DNA of 63,579 bases, the filler included, from Anaerolineae bacterium (lineage in GTDB: Bacteria > Chloroflexota > Anaerolineae > Epilineales > Epilineaceae), in assembly GCA_029262755.1 (NCBI GenBank). It is 6 parts of 6 records of this genome, joined end to end, with 100 filler letters (N's around TTAATTAATTAA, not from the genome) between each part and the next. Parts side by side here need not be neighbours in the genome. Positions count along the whole stretch, not along the records: positions 40,070 to 55,894 come from JAJCYU010000126.1; 5 more parts are not named here. One strand, 5' to 3'. Made by a program: the position numbers and the translations under genes. Each line of letters opens with the position of its first letter. The stretch's first letter is position 1. The notes below the pieces were generated by a model. That model saw nothing but the letters and a program-made list of their open reading frames with translations. It made no database searches and had not been told where the DNA came from. Positions 42,570-50,430 of this stretch are shown here, piece by piece.

Positions 42570-43706
42570 ATGGCTGTGTTTGGATCGGTGATGCAGGGTT
42601 GGCGCCTGCTACGCGAGATCGATCTGCGCAAGATTCGACGCGATGTCGAGGCGCCCGTCTACCTGCGCGTGGTCGGTGAGCCCGACGCCGCGCGCCGCGT
42701 CGCGGATGCCCTCGGCGTGCTGCCGGGCTCCGACGCCGCGCATCCCCACGTGCGCCTCGACCCCGATGGCCTGCCGGAGCCCTCGTCGAGCGACGGGCGC
42801 ACCGTGACGGTGCTCGCCGTGCCCGCCGGCCCGACCACGCCGGCGCTGCGGCGGCAGATCGAGCGTTGGCGCACCTCTGAACGGCCGCTCGTGACCGCCG
42901 TGTTGGGTGGGACCGGGCATGACGATCGGGACGACGAGGACGGCCGCGTGTTTCTGCCGGCGCTGCCCGGTGCATCCCTGGCTGCCAAACGCCTGGCGCC
43001 GGCGCTGCTGGATGCAGTGGACGACGAGAACATGCGCGCCGCGCTCGGGCGCACCTTCCCGCAGCTACGCTCGGCCGCCGCGGACCGCTTGATCGGGGAT
43101 GCCTCGCGCGCCAACGCGATCTACTCCGCGACCACGGGCTTGGCCGAGATCCTACCGCCGCTCCTGTTGCCGCTGACCGCCGCCGACCTGATCGTGCTGA
43201 CCAAGAACCAGGTGATCATGGCCTACCGCATAGCCTTGGTCGCGGGCAAGCAGGGCCGCCCGATGGACGTCATCGGCGAGATGATGTCCGTGGTGGGCGG
43301 CGGCCTGTTCTTCCGCCAGGTCGCGCGCGAGCTCGTCGGCCTGATCCCCGTCCTCGGCTGGCTGCCGAAGGTGGCGATCGCCTACGCGGGCACGCGCGTG
43401 ATCGGCATCACGGTGCGGCGTTGGGCGATGGACGGCCAGGTGGTCGGCGTCAGCGAGATGACCCGCCTGCGCGAGGAAGCCATCGAGGCGGGCAAGGCCT
43501 TGGCCGGCTCCATCCGCGACCGCTTCGACGGCTCGGACGACGACACGGACACGACGCGGAGCCTCGCGTCCGGCAAGCCAAGCGCGGGCGAGCCAATCCC
43601 GATGCCGGACGGCGACGGCAGGGACGTATTCCCCGCTGCGGGCAACATGCCGTTGTCGGACGCGACGTCCGACCGGTCGGACGTCGCGGAGTCGGGGCCG
43701 ATCTAA
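42570..43706 (+). CDS. DUF697/YcjF-like hypothetical protein
   Basis: AAGGAG RBS; ADLIVLTKNQVIM, GGLFFRQVARELVGLIPVLGWLPKVAIAYAGT. Confidence 0.7.
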   Translation: MAVFGSVMQGWRLLREIDLRKIRRDVEAPVYLRVVGEPDAARRVADALGVLPGSDAAHPHVRLDPDGLPEPSSSDGRTVTVLAVPAGPTTPALRRQIERWRTSERPLVTAVLGGTGHDDRDDEDGRVFLPALPGASLAAKRLAPALLDAVDDENMRAALGRTFPQLRSAAADRLIGDASRANAIYSATTGLAEILPPLLLPLTAADLIVLTKNQVIMAYRIALVAGKQGRPMDVIGEMMSVVGGGLFFRQVARELVGLIPVLGWLPKVAIAYAGTRVIGITVRRWAMDGQVVGVSEMTRLREEAIEAGKALAGSIRDRFDGSDDDTDTTRSLASGKPSAGEPIPMPDGDGRDVFPAAGNMPLSDATSDRSDVAESGPI

Positions 43707-43867
43707 GTGTGCGTGGAATGCCGATGTCGCTTGGTATCCACCGGCGTGATGTGCTGATGTCGAAAGCAGCATGAATACGGCACAGGGTCTGAGCGTCCCG
43801 TCGAGGTAGCTCAAGCGACGCGCAGACGAGGACGGAACCGACGTGGACAGAGCCCGACGAGAACCGA

Positions 43868-43902
43868 AAAGGGCAGGCCCCCGCAGAGGCCTGCCCTTCT
43901 TC
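43868..43902. terminator. Intrinsic terminator (probably bidirectional)
   Basis: AAAAGGGCAGGCC-CCCGCAGA-GGCCTGCCCTTCTT between convergent genes. Confidence 0.8.
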
Positions 43903-43974
43903 ATGCTAGCTTCGTTGCGCGAGCAAGGTTCTTCTCGCGATCATCCCTCAGGGTCTATCCCTCGGGCTCGACGC

Positions 43975-46041
43975 CTACTCCAAGGTCTGCGCCATCACCG
44001 ACGCCACCCGCCGTGCGAACGCCGCCGGGTCGCGGGGCGCCTGGCCCTCGGCTAGGAGCGCCTGGTCGTAGAGCATCCCCGCGTAGTCGTCCAAGCGGGG
44101 ATCCGCCGGGTCGGCCAGGAAGCGGCGGAGCATCGCGCGTAGCAACGGATGCTTGGCGTTGACCTCCAGTACGCGTTGCTGGGGCGGAAGGTCTTGGCCC
44201 ATCGCGCGCATCAGCTGCTCCAGCTGCGCCGAGACCGCGCCTTCCGTGGCCACGAGGCAGGCGGCGCTCTCGGTCAGCCGTGCCGATGGCCGGACGGTCT
44301 CCACGTCATCGCCCAGACCGCTTGCAAGGCGCTCGAGGAAGGGCTTCAGCGCTTCGGCCGTGGGCCCATCGCCGTCGGAGTCCGCGGAAGCGTCCGCGTC
44401 CTTGTCGTCCCCATCCTTCTTCTCTTTGTCTGCTCCGTCCGTCCCGGCTGCCGCGCCGATCGCGGATAGATCGAGCTCGTCGTGCGCCGCGGAGCGGAGC
44501 GGGTGGCCGTCGTGCTCGGCGAGCAGGGCCATCACGATCTCGTCGGCCGGGTCGCTCAGCAGCAGGACCTCGACGCCCTTGGCGTGGAAGGCCTCTAGCT
44601 GAGGGGCGTCCTTCAGGCGGTCCACCTTGTCGCCGGCCAGCCACCAGATCGCGTCCTGGCCGTCCCGCATGCGGCTGACGTACTCGTCGAGCGTCGTCCA
44701 GCCCGTTGCGGTGGTCGAGCGCGCGAGCAGGAGGCCGCGCAGCGTGTCGTGACGCGGTTGATCGGTGTGGAAGCCCTCCTTGAGGGCCGAGCCGAACTCG
44801 GTCCAGAAGGTCTCGTAGCGCTCCCGCTCGGTGTCCCGCATGCGGCCAAGCTCTTCGAGGACCTTGCGCACGAGGTGACGCCGGATGGCGCCGATCAGCC
44901 GGTCTTGCTGCACGGCTTCGCGTGACAGGCTCAGCGGAATGTCCGGGCTCTCGACGACACCGCGCACGAAGCGCAGGTACTCCGGCATGAGCGCCTGGGC
45001 CTCTTCCATGATCAGGATGCGTCGGGCGTAGAGCTGCAGGCCGCGGCGCGCATCGCGTGTGAAGAGGTCCATCGGGGCTTTGGCGGGCACGTAGAGCAGG
45101 GCCCGGTACTCGTGCATGCCCTCCGCACGGACGTGCACGTGGGTCAGCGGCGCCTCCCAGTCGTGGGCCAGGTGGCGATAGAAGTCGGCGTGTTCCTCGT
45201 CGCTGATCTCGCCCTTGGCGCGCGCCCAGAGGGGCTGCATCGAGTTGACGGTCTCGCTGCGCTCGGCCGCATCGCCCTCGCCCGGGCGTTCGACCAGGAT
45301 CGGGAAGGCCACGTAGTCGCTGTGGCGCTTCACGACCATCCGCAGGACCTCCGGATCCGTGAAGTCCATCGGCGGCGATCCCGCGCCGGGCGCGTCCGGA
45401 CGCCGCGCGTCCTCTGTGCTTGTCTCGTCTTCATCCACCCCGCGTGCCCATGGCTTGAGGTGGAGCGTGATGCGTGTGCCGCGCTCGCCGGGCTCCACGG
45501 GGCGGATCGTGTACTGCTCGCCGCCGGTGGAGCTCCAGAGCACGCCCTGCTCCTCGCCAGCCTTCCACGTGCGCAGCTCCACCTTGTCGGCGGCCATGAA
45601 GGCGCTGTAGAAGCCGACGCCGAAGCGTCCGATCAGCTCGGGGTCGGCCGCGGCCGCGTCGTCCTTCTTCGAATCGGACTTCGCGCTCCCGTTCTTTGTG
45701 CCCTTCTGTGCGCCCTGCTCACGCGCGAAGGACTCGGAGCCCGAGCGGGCGATGGTGCCGATCTGGTCGATGACCTCGTCCTGGCTCATCCCGACGCCGT
45801 TGTCGACGATGGTCAGCGTTCCGGCTTCGGCGTCCGGGATCAGGCGGATGGACCATGCGCCTTCGTCGTCGATCGCATCGTTGGTCAGGGCCTGGAAACG
45901 GGCCTTGTCGATGGCGTCGGATGCGTTGGAGATCAGCTCGCGCAGGAAGACTTCGCGCTGCGCGTACACGCTGTGGATCATCATATCCAACAGCTTTTGG
46001 GTTTCGGCGCGGAACTTCCGCGTGGATGAGCGTGCGGCCAT
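43975..46041 (-). CDS. htpG: Chaperone HtpG (Hsp90)
   Basis: FLRELISNASDA, DNGVGM, GTIARSG, IGRFGVGFYSAF, LEVNAKHPL. Confidence 0.97.
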   Translation of the reverse strand: MAARSSTRKFRAETQKLLDMMIHSVYAQREVFLRELISNASDAIDKARFQALTNDAIDDEGAWSIRLIPDAEAGTLTIVDNGVGMSQDEVIDQIGTIARSGSESFAREQGAQKGTKNGSAKSDSKKDDAAAADPELIGRFGVGFYSAFMAADKVELRTWKAGEEQGVLWSSTGGEQYTIRPVEPGERGTRITLHLKPWARGVDEDETSTEDARRPDAPGAGSPPMDFTDPEVLRMVVKRHSDYVAFPILVERPGEGDAAERSETVNSMQPLWARAKGEISDEEHADFYRHLAHDWEAPLTHVHVRAEGMHEYRALLYVPAKAPMDLFTRDARRGLQLYARRILIMEEAQALMPEYLRFVRGVVESPDIPLSLSREAVQQDRLIGAIRRHLVRKVLEELGRMRDTERERYETFWTEFGSALKEGFHTDQPRHDTLRGLLLARSTTATGWTTLDEYVSRMRDGQDAIWWLAGDKVDRLKDAPQLEAFHAKGVEVLLLSDPADEIVMALLAEHDGHPLRSAAHDELDLSAIGAAAGTDGADKEKKDGDDKDADASADSDGDGPTAEALKPFLERLASGLGDDVETVRPSARLTESAACLVATEGAVSAQLEQLMRAMGQDLPPQQRVLEVNAKHPLLRAMLRRFLADPADPRLDDYAGMLYDQALLAEGQAPRDPAAFARRVASVMAQTLE

Positions 46042-46128
46042 GGCGTTTCACTCCCTAAAACGGCAAGTCGAACGACGGCGTCGTGAGCCTACGCCGCGAG
46101 TGTAGCGCCCGCGTGCTAGCGCGACGTT

Positions 46129-46246
46129 AAAGGCGAACGGCCGAGCGCGATGCGCCCGGCCGTTCGATCCCCTGTGAAGGGGTTGAGCCGCGGGGAGGGG
46201 GGGTTCCCGTTGGCTCTGCGCTCTGTAAGGAGGAGAAAACGCTCTC
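46129..46246 (-). ncRNA. Candidate small RNA with C-rich (anti-Shine-Dalgarno-like) loops
   Basis: TACAAT (46249-46254, minus strand) upstream; three hairpins and a terminator hairpin ending in TTT; no ORF with an RBS. Confidence 0.55.
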
Positions 46247-46333
46247 GCATTGTAGCAAGGGGCCTCGGGGCCTGCGTGTCGCTTACCCAACGCTTACCCT
46301 ACGCGAACCTGACGTCGCCGATAGGGCGCGCCC

Positions 46334-47719
46334 TCAGCGCCCGCCGGCGAGCGCGGGAAGGCGCATCCGGTAGACGGATAGAGGCGCGTCCGGACGGCCG
46401 GCCGAGAAGAGGATCGCGTCGTTCGCCGTATCCCAGCTCGGCGTCGCGAAACGCAGGCGATCGTCCGAGAGCAGCACCTGCCGGCCGCGGCCGAACGCGT
46501 CCATCACGTACAGCCCCTTGGAGGCCCCCTTGTCCGACTCAAACAAAATACTGCGCCCGTCGGGCGAGTATGTGGGGTAGCCGTCGTTGCCGTCGGTGAA
46601 CGTCAAGCGCGCGAGCCCGCCGCCGTCGATGTCGACCCGGTAGATCTGGCTACGTCCGCTGCGCTCCGAGCGGAACACGATCCGCCTTCCGTCCGGCGAG
46701 AACGACGGCTTACGCTCGTTGCTGTCGCTTGGCGCGAGGACACGACGCATGCCTGTCGGACTGTCGATCAAGCCCAGATCCCAGTCCGGCCCCTCCGCGC
46801 TGTGATCCCGTTCCCCATCGGCGCCGAGGATAACCGGGGCATGATCGAAGGCCAGCAGGCGGCCGTCCGGCGAAGACGCCGGCCGCGCCTCGTCGATGGT
46901 GGGACTCGCCGTCAGGTTCGTAAGCGCACCTTGGCGCGGCCCCTCGTCTGCGCCGAGTACGGCCGGGCAACCGGGCTCGCCTAGCGCGGGTACGCGCAAC
47001 TGTACGCGGTAGAGATCCCATTGGCTCGGGCTTGTCGACGCCTCCTCCCCGATCCGGCGCAGGCCGGCAAAGAGCAACGCGTGCTCGCCGGGGACGCGGT
47101 CCCACACGGGCAGGTCGATATCGTCGAAGGCGGGCAGCATCAGTAGCTCGTCGCAGCCGTCCGCGGACGCTGACCGCACGCGGATCCGCGCGCCACTGTC
47201 GGCCAACAGGCCGGCGGCCGGCCGCGCGAGATACGTGATCCAACGCCCGTCGGGCGCCATCGCCGGCTCCCAATCGTCCGTGGGCTGCTCGGTGAGACGC
47301 AGGCCGATGCGCGCATCGGACTCGCCGATCAGCGCGTGCCGGGTGAGCAGGGGCAGGTGCAAGTTGTAGGAGGTGAAGACCCGCCGGGCGTCGAGCACCG
47401 TGTCGTTCGCGGCACCGAACCGCGTGGCGGGGCGGTGGGCCGGTCGCGCGGCGGGTCCGAGCGACGGCCCGCTTGCCGGTCGCGCCAAGACCAGTGCCGG
47501 GGCGGAGGACGGAGCGAGCGCGGGAGCGAGTACGGGGACGAGCCCCAGGATCGTGATCGCCGCGAAAACGCCGATCAGCGCTGCGGCCACGGAAGTAGCG
47601 ACAGAGGCGGTGACCGAGGCGGCCACAGAGGGAGCCACAGAGGCGGCCACAGAGGCGGCGACTGGAGTCACCTCCGTGGTTGTTCGTCGAGCGCTGCTGT
47701 GATTGCCCCAGCTACCCAT
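46334..47719 (-). CDS. Secreted TolB-like PD40-repeat protein
   Basis: PAMAPDGR, PASSPDGR, PSFSPDGRRIVFRSER, PTYSPDGRSILFESD; SVAA repeats and TM/signal segment. Start uncertain. Confidence 0.85.
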   Translation of the reverse strand: MGSWGNHSSARRTTTEVTPVAASVAASVAPSVAASVTASVATSVAAALIGVFAAITILGLVPVLAPALAPSSAPALVLARPASGPSLGPAARPAHRPATRFGAANDTVLDARRVFTSYNLHLPLLTRHALIGESDARIGLRLTEQPTDDWEPAMAPDGRWITYLARPAAGLLADSGARIRVRSASADGCDELLMLPAFDDIDLPVWDRVPGEHALLFAGLRRIGEEASTSPSQWDLYRVQLRVPALGEPGCPAVLGADEGPRQGALTNLTASPTIDEARPASSPDGRLLAFDHAPVILGADGERDHSAEGPDWDLGLIDSPTGMRRVLAPSDSNERKPSFSPDGRRIVFRSERSGRSQIYRVDIDGGGLARLTFTDGNDGYPTYSPDGRSILFESDKGASKGLYVMDAFGRGRQVLLSDDRLRFATPSWDTANDAILFSAGRPDAPLSVYRMRLPALAGGR

Positions 47720-48136
47720 GTTCGGTTCTCCGCCTTACGTCGGCTCGCATGCGCCCACCCAGACTGCACCCACCTGGATCGCGCCGACCTAGATCGTGCC
47801 CAAACGGATCCTGCCGACCGGTGTCGATCACTTTCAGGGCGCCACAAATAGCGCGCACACCGGGTACGGTCAACGCGTCGCGAGACCCAAGACCGTCGCG
47901 ATGGCCGAAAGGGGACGGGCCGGGTGCAAGTCGGACGCCGTGGGGAACCCTCTCGCGGTCGACACGTGGATTGACACAGGAACCGTCGCCAGCACCCACG
48001 CCAGTACCCAAGTCGTAGCCGACACCAGAGCCGACTCCCGAGCCGCCGCGTGCGCCGGGGCTGGGGGCGCGCTACTCGTGCGGGCTATAATCGCCGCCGG
48101 CTCGCGCGTGCCGCGCGCGCCACTGTGAGGGGCGGC

Positions 48137-49198
48137 ATGGCAAGCACGAACCAACGCGTCGGGGTCCTCTTCGGCGGGCGTTCCAGCGAACGCGAGGTCT
48201 CCCTGGCCAGCGGCAGACAGGTGACGATGAACCTGGACCGCGGTCGGTGGACCGGGGTGCCCCTGTTCATGGACGGCGCCGGGCGCCTCTGGGCGCTGCC
48301 GGACAAGCTCGTCTATCAGAACACCTGCGCCGACGTCGAGGCCCGTTTAGAAGCCGATGCCGAGCGCGTGCCGTGGGAGGATCTGCCGAACCGGGTGGAC
48401 CTCGTGTTCCTCGCACTGCACGGCAAGTACGGTGATGACGGCTGCGTCCAAGGCGCGCTCGAGCTGATCGATATGCCCTACACGGGATCGGGCGTCCTGG
48501 CCTGCGCGCTGGCCCAAGACAAGCCGATGGCCCACGCGGTGCTCGACGAGGCGGGCCTCGGCGCGCCGCGCGAGACCGTGGTGAAGCGCACCGCCTTCGC
48601 GTCGGACCCGGTCGCGGCGCAGGCCGCGCCACTGGCCGAGCCGGGTCTGCCGATGGTCGTGCTGCCCGCGCGCGAGGGTTCGAGCATCGGCGTTTCGGTC
48701 GTGCGCGAGGCGGCGGAGCTGCCCGCGGCGCTCACGCTGGCCTTCGAGTGGGACGCGCGGGCGTTGGCCGAGGAGTTCCTGGACGGCATGGAGTTTTCCG
48801 TCATCGTCCTGGAAGACGCAGACGGCCGGCCCGAAGCGCTCCTCCCGACCGAGACCGTCACCGAGAGCCCGTTCCTGACCTACGACGATAAATACATGCC
48901 GGGCCGATCGCAGAAGATCACGCCCGCACGCGTTGACGACGCGACGCTCACGCGCATCCAAGATGCTGCCGTCGCGGTGTTCGACGCGCTCGGCTTCCAC
49001 GGGTACGCGCGCCTCGACGGCTTCCTCCAACCGGACGGACGGCTGCTCTTCACCGACCCCAACCCGACGTCGGGCATGTCGCCCTCAAGCTTCCTCTTTC
49101 ACCAAGCGGCCGAGGCGGGCATGACGGCCGGGATGGTCATCGATCGCATCCTGGATGCGGCCCAGCGCGCGCACGCGTCCAAGCGAGGTCCCCTGTGA
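48137..49198 (+). CDS. ddl: D-alanine--D-alanine ligase-like protein 1
   Basis: FGGRSSEREVSLASG, LHGKYGDDGCVQG, PYTGSG, EGSSIG, ARLDG. Confidence 0.85.
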   Translation: MASTNQRVGVLFGGRSSEREVSLASGRQVTMNLDRGRWTGVPLFMDGAGRLWALPDKLVYQNTCADVEARLEADAERVPWEDLPNRVDLVFLALHGKYGDDGCVQGALELIDMPYTGSGVLACALAQDKPMAHAVLDEAGLGAPRETVVKRTAFASDPVAAQAAPLAEPGLPMVVLPAREGSSIGVSVVREAAELPAALTLAFEWDARALAEEFLDGMEFSVIVLEDADGRPEALLPTETVTESPFLTYDDKYMPGRSQKITPARVDDATLTRIQDAAVAVFDALGFHGYARLDGFLQPDGRLLFTDPNPTSGMSPSSFLFHQAAEAGMTAGMVIDRILDAAQRAHASKRGPL

Positions 49199-50307
49199 GC
49201 GAAGTCGCCCCCTCCGCCCGTACGAACGATCCCGCCCCCGCCCCCTCGTCGACGAAGCCGCGCGTCGCGGTCGTGATGGGCGGTCGCTCTTCCGAGCGGG
49301 AGATCTCGTTGGAGAGCGGCCGGCACATATTCCAGACGCTGGACCGGTCGTTGTTCGAGCCCGTGGCGTTGTTCATGGATGTACGCGGCGCGCTGTGGCG
49401 CATCGGCCTGCCGTTGCTCGTGCAGAACACGACGCGCGACATCGAGGACCGCTTGGCCGCCGACGCCGAGCGCGTGCCCTACGAAGCCCTGTCGGAGATC
49501 GCGGACATCGTCTACCCCGGCCTGCACGGCAAGTACGGCGAAGACGGTTGCTTCCAGGGCCTGCTGGAGCTCTTGGACGTGCCCTACGTCGGCAGCGGCG
49601 TGCTGGGCAGCGCGCTGGGCATGGACAAGGCGATGCAGCGCCACGTTCTGCGCCACGCCGGCATCGAGACGCCCCGTACGATCGAGGTTCGCGCAGGCGC
49701 CTGGGCCGCGGATCCGGAGGCGATCCTGGACGCCGTGAGCACGGAGCCCGGCTTCCCGTGCGTCGTGAAGCCCGCGCGCGAAGGCTGCTCCACGGCCCTG
49801 GCCGTGCCGCGGGATCGCGACGGCCTGCGCGCGGCCATCGAGGACGCGCTGCGCTGGGACCCGACGGCCTTGGTCGAGGAACACCTGCGAGGCCAAGAGG
49901 TGACGGTAGCTGTGCTCGAGGAGGAGGACGGTACGATCCGCGCCTATCCCCCGACCGAGACCCCGCCCGTCGGCGACTTTCTGACCATCGAAGAAAAGTT
50001 CCTGCCCGGCCACGGCGAGAACATTACGCCGGCGCGCCTGGACGCTGCCCAGATGGCCGCGGTCCTCGACGTCGCGCAGCGGGCCTTCGTCGCGCTCCAG
50101 CTGCGGGTCTTCGCCCGTATGGACATGTACGTCACCCCCGACGGCCGCATCATCGTCGGCGAACCCAACTCGCTACCCGGCTCGAGCCCCAGCTCCACGA
50201 TCTTCCTCGGTCCCATGGAGGAGGGCATCGCGCCGCACGCGCTGCTCACCCGCAACGTCGAACGCGCCCAGGCGGCCCACGCCGCCAAACAAGGGCCGCT
50301 GTCCTGA
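49195..50307 (+). CDS. ddl: D-alanine--D-alanine ligase-like protein 2
   Basis: MGGRSSEREISLESG, LHGKYGEDGCFQG, VKPAREGCS, ARMD, EPNSLPG. Confidence 0.85.
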   Translation: MSEVAPSARTNDPAPAPSSTKPRVAVVMGGRSSEREISLESGRHIFQTLDRSLFEPVALFMDVRGALWRIGLPLLVQNTTRDIEDRLAADAERVPYEALSEIADIVYPGLHGKYGEDGCFQGLLELLDVPYVGSGVLGSALGMDKAMQRHVLRHAGIETPRTIEVRAGAWAADPEAILDAVSTEPGFPCVVKPAREGCSTALAVPRDRDGLRAAIEDALRWDPTALVEEHLRGQEVTVAVLEEEDGTIRAYPPTETPPVGDFLTIEEKFLPGHGENITPARLDAAQMAAVLDVAQRAFVALQLRVFARMDMYVTPDGRIIVGEPNSLPGSSPSSTIFLGPMEEGIAPHALLTRNVERAQAAHAAKQGPLS

Positions 50308-50430
50308 GCATGGCCCGGAGCAGCAACCCTTGATCGCGCTCGCCGCAGCGGGTCGCAGCGGCCTTTGCCGTCGAATCGGGCTCCGCCGATCGACGTTCTT
50401 GGTCGCGAACACGGCCCGGAGCGGCAACCC

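Noticed and set aside
46042..46128. CIRCE or HAIR heat-shock operator before htpG
   Set aside because: Only a partial CTAGCAC half-site; no matching inverted half at the right spacing.
47585..47662. 12-bp tandem repeat considered as a CRISPR-like array
   Set aside because: No spacers; it is an in-frame coding repeat (SVAA). No CRISPR array, cas gene, tRNA or rRNA was recognised in the window.
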